Part shown: positions 20,887 to 30,439 of the stretch, piece after piece | Numbering within the stretch: the first letter of the stretch is position 1 | Layout: the number at the start of each line of letters is the position of its first letter | Origin: an uncultured delta proteobacterium | Lineage (GTDB): Bacteria > Desulfobacterota > Binatia > UBA9968 | Length of the DNA stretch: 30,931 bases | Assembly: GCA_963760795.1 (NCBI GenBank) | Contig: CAVXEP010000026.1 | Coordinates: 1 to 30,931, forward strand | Direction of reading: 5' to 3' | Program-made: the position numbers and the translations under genes | The notes under the pieces: model-generated | Database searches by the model: none | What the model was told of the DNA's origin: nothing | The model's input: only the letters and a program-made list of their open reading frames with translations

Positions 20887-22759
20887 ATGGCGCTACTGCA
20901 AATCAATAAACAAGACGGCGCGCCGGAGATTCGCCGGCGCGCGAACTTGCTTTATGTGCTGCTCGCCATCGTGTTCTTCGGCTTGATCGCCCGCCTGGTC
21001 CACTTGCAGTTGATCCAAGGTGAACGCTACACGTTCCTGTCCGAGAATAACCGCGTGCGGCTCAAGCGCGTTCCCGGCACTCGCGGCATGATCTACGATC
21101 GCCATGGCGAGCTGTTGGTCGATAGCCGGCCGTCCTTCGACCTGATTTTCGTTCCGGAAGACACCAAGGAACCTGAGCAGACATTGCGCGTGCTCGCCAG
21201 CCATCTCACGCGCGACGCCGACGAACTGTTGCAGACCTACGCAGACAGCAAGAGCCGCTCGGCCTTCGATGAGATTGTCTTGGGCCGGGATATCGAATGG
21301 GCCGCAGTGGTTGCCGTGGAGACCCACCAGCTCGATTTGCCCGGCGTAAGTTTGCGCATTCGTCCGCGCCGCAACTATGCCGATGGTCCGACCATGGCGC
21401 ATATCCTGGGCTACATGGGCGAGATCAACGACCGTCAATTAAAGAATTACAAAGAGCAAGGATATCTTATCGGCGACGAGATCGGCCAGTCCGGACTCGA
21501 GCGGCGCTGGGAAGAAGACTTGCGCGGGCAGCATGGCGGCCAACAAGTCGAAGTCGACGCCCTCGGCCGGCGCGTGCGCGTGCTGCACCAAGTGAGCGAC
21601 GTGCCCGGCTACACGGTGCATTTGACTTTGGACCGGCAGATGCAGCAGGCCGCCTTCGAGGCGCTCAAAGGCAAGGAAGGCACCATCGTCGCCATCGACG
21701 TCAACTCGGGGGCGATCTTGGCGCTCGCCAGCACGCCGGCTTTCGATCCCAACGTTTTCGCCCGCGGCATCAAAAGCAACGAATGGAATGCTCTGATTAC
21801 CGATAGGTTGCGGCCGTTAAGTAACCGGGCCACCCAGGGGCAGTTTCCGCCGGGGTCGACATTCAAAGTCGTCATGTTCATCGCCGGCCTCGAAGAGGGC
21901 GTCGTCGATCCCAACGCGCAGATTTCGGATCCCGGCTTTTTTCACTTCGGCAACCGCAATTTTCGCGACTGGAAACAGGGCGGCCATGGCTTGGTCAATT
22001 TACATCATTCCTTGGTGATCTCCTGCGACACTTACTATTACCAGTTGGGCAACAAGCTGGGCGTCGACAAGATCGCCAAATGGGCGCGCGCCTTCGGCCT
22101 TGGCGAGAAGACCGGCATCGCCTTGGACGACGAGCGGGGCGGCATGATTCCCGACACTGCGTGGAAGATGAAACGCTACCGCCAACCTTGGTTTCCCGGC
22201 GAAACCCTGTCGGTGGCGATCGGCCAAGGTTATGTCACGGTGACGCCGTTGCAAATGGCCAACATGATGGCCGCGGTGGCCAACGGCGGCAAGCTCTATC
22301 GGCCGCGCTTGGTCAGCAAGGTTGAATCCCTCGATGGATCCAACGTGCGTGAATTCGCCCCGGAGCTGATTCGCACTATCGAAATGAAACCGGATACGCT
22401 GAGCCCGTGTGCACAACGCGCTCGCCGATGTCGTCAAAGGCGGCACTGGCGGCATGGCGCGTTCGCCGCTGATCGAGGTGGCCGGCAAGACCGGCACCGC
22501 CCAGGTGGTCGAAATGAAAGGCGGCTATGTGAAGAGCGAACAGTTGAGCCGCTTCACCCGCGACCATGCCTGGTTTGTTTCCTACGCGCCGGTGGAGTCG
22601 CCGCAGGTCGCCATCGCCGTGCTGGTCGAGCATGGCGGTCACGGCGGCGATGCGGCGGCGCCGATGGCCAAGAAGGTCTACGAGAAGTTCATCGAACTGC
22701 AAAAACAGGCCGCCGAAAAACAGCATGTGCAGACAGAGGGCGCAAACCGTGCAGATTGA
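20887..22759 (+). CDS. mrdA: Penicillin-binding protein 2 (one extra C near 22405)
   Basis: RGMIYDR, PGSTFK (SxxK) and SCD. The KTGT motif is in the shifted frame (ORF 22409-22759). Confidence 0.93.
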
Positions 22760-23852
22760 CCGGCGCTTGATCTCGCACTTCGACTGGACGCTTTTTTTGT
22801 TGGTGTTGATCGTGGTCGGCATCGGTATCACGACCATCTACAGTGCCAACTACAATCTCGCCACCGGCCACGCCGGCGCTTTGCCGATGCGCCAACTGAC
22901 TTGGCTGGGTCTCGGCTTGGTGGCGATGTTCGTGGCGATCAGTTTCGACTATCACTATATCGACCGGCTGGCCTATCCGTTTTACGGCTTGATGCTGCTG
23001 CTGCTGATTCTCGTCGTCATCGTCGGCCATTCCGGCGGCGGTTCGCAGCGCTGGATCAATCTCGGTTTCTTTCGCTTACAACCGTCGGAACCCGCCAAGC
23101 TCGCCATCGTGCTGATCATGGCGAAATATTTTCAGGCCGATGAGCCCGCCGAGGGTTATTATCTGCGCAATCTCTTGGTGCCCTTTGCCATGGTGGCGCC
23201 GTTGATCATTTTGACCTTGATCCAACCTGACTTAGGCACGGCGATCATTCTCGGCATCGTGTTCATGAGCATGGTGTTGATGGGCGGTTTGCGGCTGCGG
23301 TCGTTTTCATACCTGGTTGCCGCCGGAATTGCTTTTCTGCCCGTCGCCTGGCAGTTTTTGAAGCCCTATCAGCGCAACCGCATACTCACCTTTCTCGACC
23401 CCGACCGCGATCCGCTCGGCGCCGGTTACCACGTCATCCAGTCGCAGATCGCCGTCGGCTCGGGCAAATTGTTTGGCAAGGGCTGGCTCCATGGCACGCA
23501 GAACCGGTTAAACTTCCTACCTGAGCAACACACCGATTTCATCTTCGCGGTGTTTTCCGAAGAGTGGGGCTTTGTCGGTTGCGCCGTGCTTTTGCTACTG
23601 TTCGTAATCATGGTCGCTTATTGTCTCGGCATTGTGCAGCGGGCCAAGGACCGATTCGGCGCGCTGTTGGTGTTCGGCATGCTGTCAATCATTTTCTGGC
23701 ATGTGGCGATCAACATTTCGATGGTCACCGGGCTCATGCCGGTGGTTGGCGTGCCGCTGCCAATGGTGAGCTATGGCGGCTCCGCCTTAGCGTCGATGAT
23801 GTTCGCCATCGGCGTGATCATCAACGTCAGTATGCGGCGCTACGTGTTCTGA
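22749..23852 (+). CDS. rodA: SEDS peptidoglycan polymerase RodA
   Basis: QPSE, QPDLGT, GYHVIQS, PEQHTDFIF and SYGGS; GTG start after GAGGG. Confidence 0.96.
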   Translation: MQIDRRLISHFDWTLFLLVLIVVGIGITTIYSANYNLATGHAGALPMRQLTWLGLGLVAMFVAISFDYHYIDRLAYPFYGLMLLLLILVVIVGHSGGGSQRWINLGFFRLQPSEPAKLAIVLIMAKYFQADEPAEGYYLRNLLVPFAMVAPLIILTLIQPDLGTAIILGIVFMSMVLMGGLRLRSFSYLVAAGIAFLPVAWQFLKPYQRNRILTFLDPDRDPLGAGYHVIQSQIAVGSGKLFGKGWLHGTQNRLNFLPEQHTDFIFAVFSEEWGFVGCAVLLLLFVIMVAYCLGIVQRAKDRFGALLVFGMLSIIFWHVAINISMVTGLMPVVGVPLPMVSYGGSALASMMFAIGVIINVSMRRYVF

Positions 23853-23854
23853 AG

Positions 23855-23913
23855 AATGGAGTGGTGGAGTCACGGAGTGCTGGAGCGATGGGCCGGTCCG
23901 ACCACCACTCCAG
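23855..23913. repeat. Octamer tandem repeat with inverted partner between convergent rodA and trxA
   Basis: gaatggag-tggtggag-tcacggag-tgctggag followed by ccaccactccagc. Confidence 0.55.
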
Positions 23914-23937
23914 CCGTTTGAAATTCCTCTGCTGCGC

Positions 23938-24264
23938 TTACTGTAACGCTTTATCGATGGCGGCGACCAATTTTGCCTTTGGCACCGCGCCGACGATCTG
24001 TTCTTTGACCGCGCCGCCTTTTAAGATAATCAAATTCGGAATGCCGCGGATGCCGTATTTCGCGGCGGTGGCGGGATGGTCGTCGACGTTGAGTTTGGCG
24101 ACTTTCAACTTGCCGTCGTACTCGCCGGCGATTTCTTCGACCATCGGCGCGATCGCTTTGCACGGACCGCACCAGGGCGCCCAGAAGTCGACCAGCACCG
24201 GCACGGTGGATTTGAGCACTTCAGTTTCGAAATTGTTATCGCCCACTTCGGTAATTTTTCCCAC
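23938..24264 (-). CDS. trxA: Thioredoxin
   Basis: DFWAPWCGPCK; SD AGGAGG; GTG start. Confidence 0.97.
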   Translation of the reverse strand: MGKITEVGDNNFETEVLKSTVPVLVDFWAPWCGPCKAIAPMVEEIAGEYDGKLKVAKLNVDDHPATAAKYGIRGIPNLIILKGGAVKEQIVGAVPKAKLVAAIDKALQ

Positions 24265-24274
24265 GATTGCCTCC

Positions 24275-25752
24275 TTAAAGACTCAGCAAAAATTTAATTA
24301 ACGTGCGCACGCCGAAGCCGGTGCCGCCTTTGGGACCGAGCAGATTGTCGCTTTCGGCAAAGGCCGGGCCGGCGATGTCGAGATGGGCCCAGGCGGTGTC
24401 GCCGACGAACTCCTGCAGGATCAGCGCCGCGGTGATGGCGCCGCCATGGGCGCCGCCGATGTTTTTCATGTCGGCGACACTGCTCTTGATCAGCTCTTTA
24501 TATTCCTTCACCAGCGGCAGTTGCCAGAGTTTTTCACCGGCTTCCTGCGCCACTCTGCAGCAGACTATCCGCCAACGATTGGTGGTTGCTGAAGATGCCG
24601 CCAACTTGCGTGCCGAGAGCGGTCATGCAGGCGCCGGTCAGCGTGGCGAGATTGATCATGTAGTCGGGCTTTTGCTGCGCCGCTAGGGCGAGCGCGTCGG
24701 CAAGAATCAAACGGCCCTCGGCGTCGGTATTCAACACTTCGATGGTCTTGCCGTTCATATAACGAATGACATCGCCGGGCTTCTGCGCATTGTGGCCCGG
24801 CAGATTGTCGGTGGTCGGCACGTAGCCGGTGACCTCGATATCGAGGCCCAACTTGGGCAGGCAACTCATGGTGGCGATGACCGCGGCGCCGCCGGCCATG
24901 TCGAGCTTCATGGTCTCCATCGATTTCGACGGCTTGAGCGACAGGCCGCCGGAGTCGAAGGTGATGCCTTTGCCGATCAGCGCGACGCGCTTGCGCGCTT
25001 TGCCGCGCGGGCCGGTAGTGGATACGAATGAAGCGCGGCTCTTCCAAGCTGCCGCGATTGACCGCCAGCAGGCCGGCCAATTTCATCGACTCGATCTTTT
25101 TCTTGTTCCACACTTGCACCGACAGACCGCGGCCTTGGCAAGCGCGCTGGGCTTGGATGCCGAGAAACTTTGCCGTCGCCACCGACGGCGGTTCGTTAAC
25201 CAAATCGCGCGCCAGGAAAACTCCGGGCGCGGTGGTTTGCGCGATATCTACCGATTTCTGCAACGCGCTGGTCTTCCTTAGACCGGAGCGGAACAAGGTC
25301 AACGACTTCAGTGCCGCGGCGGGCTTGCCGTTCGAGCGATATTTGTTGAATTGATAGCCGGCCAGTGCGGCGCCTTCGACGATGGCGCCGGCGGCGCTCT
25401 CGAGATTTTTTTCCGCAGCCAAGAGCATGGCGAATTCGCCGGCGCCGATGGCGCCGGCTTCTTTGCGCGCCTTGGCGCCGGTTTTGCGCCATGTGTCGCC
25501 CGTGATTTCGCCAGCGCCGATACCGATTAGCAATAGATACGCTGCCGGCAGCATGGCCGCGGTCGGATGCAGCAAAACGCTGCCTTCGGTGCCGGTAAAA
25601 TTACCTTTGCTCATGCGCGCGCGCAGTTGGCCTTTGAGATGGCGGTCGAGGGCGCGGAGCGCCGGGTCGTCGAGCTGCTTGTCGCGCACGGGGATCACGA
25701 CCAAGTCGGACTTGATGCGGTCGGCGGTGCTATCGCGAAAACGGATCTCCAT
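24275..25752 (-). CDS. pepA: Leucyl aminopeptidase, M17 family (two extra bases, near 25010 and 24558)
   Basis: ARDLVNEP, GKGITFDSGG, MKLDMAGGA, NTDAEGRL, ATLTGA and WAHLDIAG, spread over three frames. Confidence 0.92.
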
Positions 25753-25766
25753 AATGGCGCTCTCGA

Positions 25767-26315
25767 TCAATCCTTGCGCCGGATCAGATTCATGAACTCG
25801 GCGCGGGTTTCCTGGCGGGTCCGAAAGGCACCGAGCAAGCTGCTGGTGATGACGTAGGAGTTTTGTTTCTCCACGCCGCGCATGCGCATGCATAGATGTT
25901 CGGCTTCGAGCACCACGGCGACGCCTAGGGCGTCGAGTTTTTCCATGATCGTCGTGGCGATCTGGTTGGTCATGCGCTCTTGGACTTGCAAGCGGGCCGC
26001 GTAAATGTCGACCAGCCGGGCGAGTTTGGAGATGCCGACAATTTTATGATGCGGAATGTAGGCGACATGGGCTTTGCCGATGAACGGTAACATGTGGTGT
26101 TCGCACAAGGAGTAAAAATCGATGTCGCGCTGGACGATCATTTCGGAGTAATCTTCGGTAAACAGCGCATCGTTGATCACCTTCTCAGGGTCCATTTCAT
26201 AACCGCGGGTCAAAAAGGCCAGTGCCTCAGCGACGCGACGCGGCGTTTTAAGCAGCCCTTCACGCTCGGGATCTTCGCCGATGGCTTTGAGAATTTGTCG
26301 AATCTGTTCTTCCAT
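25767..26315 (-). CDS. folE: GTP cyclohydrolase I
   Basis: [31 protein letters not shown] and HLCM. Confidence 0.97.
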   Translation of the reverse strand: MEEQIRQILKAIGEDPEREGLLKTPRRVAEALAFLTRGYEMDPEKVINDALFTEDYSEMIVQRDIDFYSLCEHHMLPFIGKAHVAYIPHHKIVGISKLARLVDIYAARLQVQERMTNQIATTIMEKLDALGVAVVLEAEHLCMRMRGVEKQNSYVITSSLLGAFRTRQETRAEFMNLIRRKD

Positions 26316-26364
26316 GATTGCTCCGCTGTAGGCGGGACGAATTGGCCTAGAGTAAAGTCTCAAA

Positions 26365-26393
26365 AAGCTAACATTTAGCCTGTGACGGGTCAA
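26365..26393 (-). promoter_or_regulatory. Putative promoter for folE-pepA-trxA
   Basis: TTGACC, 17 nt, TAGCTT with an extended -10 TG. Confidence 0.5.
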
Positions 26394-26405
26394 ACAAACT
26401 AGCTG

Positions 26406-27143
26406 CTAGAGCCGCTGCAGCAGCCAAGTGGGCGTGAAACGGAGCGCGTAGGCGTTCAAATAGGTCATGTAATCGGTGATCAACAGGATGCCGACGACGA
26501 TCAAGAGAATGCCGCCGACCACATGAATCGCTTGGATGTAGCGGCGCAGTTTCTGCGAGAACTGAAAAAATGAGTTGATCGCCAGCGCGCTCAAAAAAAA
26601 TGGCAGCCCCAAACCAGCGGCGTAGCTCATAAGCAAGTACGTGCCGCGGCCGATTTCGCCGGAAGTGCTGGCCAACGCCAGCGTGGCGCCGAGAATCGGA
26701 CCGACGCAAGGTGTCCAAGCGACAGCGAAGGTGATGCCGACCAGGACCGAACCTAAGTAACCGGCCGGCTTATCTTTCAGATTGAACTGCAAGTATTGGT
26801 CGAGGGCGGCGATTTTGAAGGCGCCGACGAGATAAAGTCCGACGACCAGGATGAATACGCCGCCGGCGATGCGAATCTCATTGCGATAGCCCATAAAGAG
26901 GCTGCCGAGAAAACTTGCCGAGGCGCCGAGGGAGACGAAAACCAAGGAGAAGCCCAAGATAAACGCCAGCGAGTTGAGCACGACGCGCCAGCGTAGTTGC
27001 GAGCGCGCCTGATCTCCGCGCATTTCGTCGAGGGAAACTCCTGAAACAAACGAAAGATACGACGGGATCAGCGGCAATACGCAGGGAGAGAGAAAAGAAA
27101 AAATCCCGGCGGCGAAAGCGACAAAGACGTTGACGTCGCTCAT
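26406..27143 (-). CDS. ccdA: CcdA/DsbD-type membrane thiol-disulfide transporter
   Basis: SFLSPCVLPL and WTPCVGPIL. Confidence 0.93.
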   Translation of the reverse strand: MSDVNVFVAFAAGIFSFLSPCVLPLIPSYLSFVSGVSLDEMRGDQARSQLRWRVVLNSLAFILGFSLVFVSLGASASFLGSLFMGYRNEIRIAGGVFILVVGLYLVGAFKIAALDQYLQFNLKDKPAGYLGSVLVGITFAVAWTPCVGPILGATLALASTSGEIGRGTYLLMSYAAGLGLPFFLSALAINSFFQFSQKLRRYIQAIHVVGGILLIVVGILLITDYMTYLNAYALRFTPTWLLQRL

Positions 27144-27718
27144 CGTTTGCCGTCGACCAAATCTTTGATCAGTTTACGCGCGCCTGCGCTATGCCAGTCC
27201 GCCGGTCCCCAGCCGCGCGCTAAACCTTCGCCTTTGGAACCTATGAGATAGGTCGCGGGCAATCCCCAAGCGCCATATTCCTGGCCGACTTTAGCGTCGG
27301 GATCGAGGGCGATCGGGTAGGTGAGCTTGAGTTCCTTGACGAAATCGACGGCGTCTTGTTTGCGATCTTTGACCGCCACCGCGAGGATGACAAAGTTCTT
27401 GTCCTTAAATTCTTGATAGAGCTTTTCCATCGCCGGCATCTCTTCGCGGCAAGGGACGCACCAGCTGGCCCAGAAATTCAACATGACAACCTTGCCGCGA
27501 AAGTCGCGCAAGGAGATTTTTTTGCCGTCGGGAGTGGTGAGATTGATTTCCGGTGTCGGCGCGACCTCTTTCATCGGCTGGAGAATCGGCACCGCTTTGT
27601 AGTCGACTTTGGCTGAGGACTCTGCGGCGTCGCCGTCGTGAGGTGTCCAGTCGAAAAAAATCAGCTGCACCAGACAAAGCGCGAAGAATAGATGCCGAGG
27701 CTTCATCTTCATTGTCAT
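27140..27718 (-). CDS. TlpA/ResA-family periplasmic thiol-disulfide reductase
   Basis: Signal/TM segment and NFWASWCVPCREEMP; the stop overlaps the ccdA start. True start may be 27712. Confidence 0.92.
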   Translation of the reverse strand: MTMKMKPRHLFFALCLVQLIFFDWTPHDGDAAESSAKVDYKAVPILQPMKEVAPTPEINLTTPDGKKISLRDFRGKVVMLNFWASWCVPCREEMPAMEKLYQEFKDKNFVILAVAVKDRKQDAVDFVKELKLTYPIALDPDAKVGQEYGAWGLPATYLIGSKGEGLARGWGPADWHSAGARKLIKDLVDGKR

Positions 27719-27721
27719 CGC

Positions 27722-27750
27722 ACTCTAACCAACTGTATAAAGCGGCGCAA
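27722..27750 (-). promoter_or_regulatory. Putative promoter for tlpA-ccdA (leaderless or very short leader)
   Basis: TTGCGC, 17 nt, TAGAGT, a few nt before the ATGs at 27718/27712. Confidence 0.4.
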
Positions 27751-27873
27751 TACATGCTGACTGAACCAACGGCGCGGTAAATTTGTTCCTAGGCCGGTTT
27801 CGGAGTAAAACTCGCCGCTATGCTGCCGACATGGTGTACTGAGACGGTGAAAAATTGCGGAAACGGGGTTTCT

Positions 27874-27914
27874 AAAAGCAGAAAGCCCCCCGAATCATTT
27901 CCGGAGGGCTTCTG
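27874..27914 (-). terminator. Intrinsic terminator of the small Lys-peptide transcript
   Basis: Minus strand CAGAAGCCCTCCGGA-AATGA-TTCGGGGGGCTTTCTG-CTTTT. Confidence 0.8.
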
Positions 27915-27999
27915 TGAGAGATAACCAGAACGGTTATCTGGTCGCCTGAGAGTAAGGAGGGTTTATTCCACCACCACCACAACTCCACAAATTAATTAA

Positions 28000-28047
28000 C
28001 TACTTTTTCTTTTTGGCTTTCTTTTTGGCCTTTTTCTTAGCTGCCAT
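28000..28047 (-). CDS. 15-aa lysine-rich peptide MAAKKKAKKKAKKKK
   Basis: AAGGAGGTG-ctt-ATG GCA GCT AAG AAA AAG GCC AAA AAG AAA GCC AAA AAG AAA AAG TAG; too short for the ORF track. Confidence 0.75.
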   Translation of the reverse strand: MAAKKKAKKKAKKKK

Positions 28048-28161
28048 AAGCACCTCCTTGTAAGATTAAACGGGCGGGTATTTTCTTGATAGGAAGAACA
28101 GCTTGACTCAGGCGAAGACAGTTTACTATCAGCAACCCTCCCATATTTTGTACCTGCGCAG

Positions 28162-28235
28162 AGTATAGTGACACAATTAATGGTATGTCAAGAAAAAAAT
28201 ACTATTCTACAATTTTTTTTCAGAATTTTTTCTAT
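28162..28235 (-). promoter_or_regulatory. Strong sigma70-like promoter with A/T-rich UP-like element
   Basis: TTGACA (28191-28186), 18 nt, TATACT (28167-28162); A/T tracts at 28192-28235. Confidence 0.75.
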
Positions 28236-28556
28236 TCCCATGCGCTGCACCACGATGTCTTGATAGAGTTTGCCTGCAACGACGCGTTACAAATTAACTG
28301 CGTGTTGTTTTATTCGGAATAATCGCACTCATGACGCGTCGTAACGACGCTGGAGAAGGATTGCCCGACCAATTCTTGAAAAATAATCACCCGCGTCGCG
28401 TAGAATCGCGCTGATAGAAGCGAACTCAGATGGGAAACGCGATCGCTGTCAGTCGGTACCTGGCAGGATAGTTGGTTCGCGTTGCGGGATTGAAGTAGGC
28501 GCAGACAAGGCAAAAAAAACTTCTGACGCAGACAGCGTGACACCGTGAGATTGCCG

Positions 28557-29642
28557 CTACGCCTTCGCTGCGAGGATATTAAACACTCGCACCGGGCGGC
28601 TTAGCCCTTTCAATTGGAACTCCTCGAAGGCTTCGCTATCGAAGAACTCTTCCAACCGGCTCATGGTTTTTTGGTCGGTCAGGATCTGCCCGCCCTTGGC
28701 CTCGGCGCACATGCGCGCCGCGAGATTTGGCAAATTACCGACGGAGCTATAGTCCATGCGTCCCTCGAAACCGATGGTGCCCAGGGTCGCGTAGCCGGTG
28801 GCCAAGCCGACACCGAGGTCGAGATCGTAGCCCTTCTTCGTCCAAGCGATACGCAGTTCTTTGGCCCGATCGCGCATCTCGATCGCCATGCTGACGGCTT
28901 TGCGGCCATGGTCTTCGCAGGGCAGCGGATCGTTGAAGATCACCACGATGCCGTCGCCGACGAAACGTTCCAGTGTGCCTTCAAATTTGAAAATCAGCTT
29001 GCCCATCTCGGCGTGATAATCGCGCAGCAGGTCCATGACTTCCTCGGGCTCGGCATTGTCCGAGAACGCCGTGAAGCCGCGCAAGTCGAGGAATACCACG
29101 GTGATCTCGCGGCGATGGGTTCTGAACAGGTTTTCTTCTTTCTCCAGGATGGTCTCGGCGATCTGCGGCGAGAGGTAGCGTTTCAAACGCTCCATGCGCT
29201 TCAGCTCGCCGACTTGTTGCTGGACTTTCTCCGCCAGCGTGCGATTCCACTCGCCCAGTTGGTCGTGCAGCTCTTTGATGCGCAGCATGGCGCGCACCCG
29301 CGCTAATAACTCGAAAGAATCGAACGGCTTGGTGACATAATCGTCGGCGCCGGCGTCGAGACCGGCGACCTTGTCTTCCTGGGTCGCTTTGGCGGTTAAG
29401 AGGATCACCGGCACGCTCTTGTGGCGCTCGCTCTGCCGTAGCGCCCGAACGACTTCGAGGCCGTTCATCCTCGGCATCATGTAGTCGAGCAGGATGATGT
29501 CCGGACTGAAACTATCAGCCTTCGCCAGCGCGTCGATGCCGTCGGTGGCGCGCTCGAGGACATATTCGTACTCCATCAGCTCTTGTTCGAGCAGATCGAG
29601 ATTAAACGGTTCGTCGTCGACGATTAAGATTTTGTTTGGCAT
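28557..29642 (-). CDS. Response-regulator receiver fused to a class III nucleotidyl (adenylate/guanylate) cyclase
   Basis: Receiver: ILIVDD, LLDYMMP, LTA, KPF. A coiled-coil linker leads to the cyclase: [23 protein letters not shown]. Confidence 0.93.
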   Translation of the reverse strand: MPNKILIVDDEPFNLDLLEQELMEYEYVLERATDGIDALAKADSFSPDIILLDYMMPRMNGLEVVRALRQSERHKSVPVILLTAKATQEDKVAGLDAGADDYVTKPFDSFELLARVRAMLRIKELHDQLGEWNRTLAEKVQQQVGELKRMERLKRYLSPQIAETILEKEENLFRTHRREITVVFLDLRGFTAFSDNAEPEEVMDLLRDYHAEMGKLIFKFEGTLERFVGDGIVVIFNDPLPCEDHGRKAVSMAIEMRDRAKELRIAWTKKGYDLDLGVGLATGYATLGTIGFEGRMDYSSVGNLPNLAARMCAEAKGGQILTDQKTMSRLEEFFDSEAFEEFQLKGLSRPVRVFNILAAKA

Positions 29643-29707
29643 AAGTCATCCTAAGATCCTGCGCATTCGCTCAGGACAAGTTTTGGATTTTCGATTGTCC
29701 AACGCGT

Positions 29708-29734
29708 GTAGGGGCCGACCTGCGTGTCGGCCCT
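29708..29734 (+). repeat. GTAG-type REP-like element
   Basis: GTAG-GGGCCGAC-ctgcgt-GTCGGCCC-T. Confidence 0.7.
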
Positions 29735-29753
29735 CCGAACTATCGCCCCTTGC

Positions 29754-30045
29754 CTACTTAATCACCTTGCCCGCCCGCACCAGCACATTTGGCGGGATCG
29801 TCACGCCAATCTGCTTGGCGGCTTTGAGATTCACGATGAACTCGAACTTCATCGGCTGCTCGACCGGCAGGTCGGCTGGTTTTGTCCCTTTGAGGATCTT
29901 GTCGACCATCACCGCGAGCGCGTCTGTATGGTTCCGTCTGATCGGCTCCGTACGACATCAAGCCGCCGCTCTCGACAAAGTCTCCCTGGCTGTACATCGC
30001 CGGCAGGCGATTTTTGCCGCCAGATCCACGAACCGAGCTCGTTCC
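29754..30045 (-). pseudogene. C-terminal remnant of an ABC transporter substrate-binding protein (ABC_sub_bind/DUF534 type)
   Basis: With two indels it reads ERARFVDLAAKNRLPAMY...GGLMSYG...[50 protein letters not shown]; the N-terminal part is absent. Confidence 0.85.
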
Positions 30046-30190
30046 ACACAACACAGTATTGCTGTGGCAAAGATAATCGGTCGCTGTGCAGAGTGCCAAC
30101 CGCAGCATCGGTCCAACTGTTAGGCGCCACTCACAGCTTTTGATCGCGTGGTGGTGTTGATGTAGACTTTGCCAAGGAGGTAGATGGCTT

Positions 30191-30439
30191 ATGGCCCGCA
30201 TAGAGATCGGTAAACACTTGGCGGCGGATACCCGTGTTTGCAATGGGCGGTTGATCTTTCGCGGCACGCGAATTCTGGTATCCGATGCAGTTGAATTGAC
30301 CAAAGCGGGGTACACGCCTGACGCCATCGCCCGGCAATATCGCGGCCTGATCACGGCGCAGGGGGTGCGCGAGGCGCTGGCATTGACCCGCCGCGGCATT
30401 GTCAGAGAAATCCCGGCGCGACGTAAAACCGCCGCGTGA
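30191..30439 (+). CDS. DUF433-family antitoxin-like protein
   Basis: DTRVCNGRLIFRGTRILV...GYTPDAIARQY; SD AAGGAGG; the stop overlaps the next GTG (GTGA). Confidence 0.85.
   Translation: MARIEIGKHLAADTRVCNGRLIFRGTRILVSDAVELTKAGYTPDAIARQYRGLITAQGVREALALTRRGIVREIPARRKTAA

Larger units (their letters stand above)
27874..28155 (-). ncRNA. Candidate structured RNA (~280 nt) enclosing a small ORF
   Basis: Bounded by a promoter and a terminator. Perfect complementary pairs: 28134-28141/27956-27963 (8 bp), 28107-28115/27942-27950 (9 bp), 28126-28131/28087-28092 (6 bp) and 27932-27939/27919-27926 (8 bp). Confidence 0.6.

Noticed and set aside
27820-27924. Small plus-strand ORF MLPTWCTE...
   Set aside because: No SD, weak promoter match, and it runs through the terminator hairpin of the opposite strand.
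27718-28047. Classical lysine attenuator controlling downstream genes
   Set aside because: The downstream genes (tlpA, ccdA) are not lysine-related and have their own candidate promoter; I found no clear antiterminator overlapping the terminator.
27874-28155. tmRNA, 6S RNA, RNase P RNA or SRP RNA
   Set aside because: No tRNA-like acceptor/T-arm or CCA end, and the ORF has its own SD and ATG. No RNase P GAGGAAAGUCC signature, no SRP core motif and no continuous 6S-type rod.
28310-28543. 77-aa minus-strand ORF
   Set aside because: No recognisable motif or SD; likely spurious.
30094-30127. Integron attC-like site (GTCCAAC-T-GTTAGGC) before the TA pair
   Set aside because: Core-like boxes are adjacent, with no intervening stem of attC length; no integrase or second site in the window.
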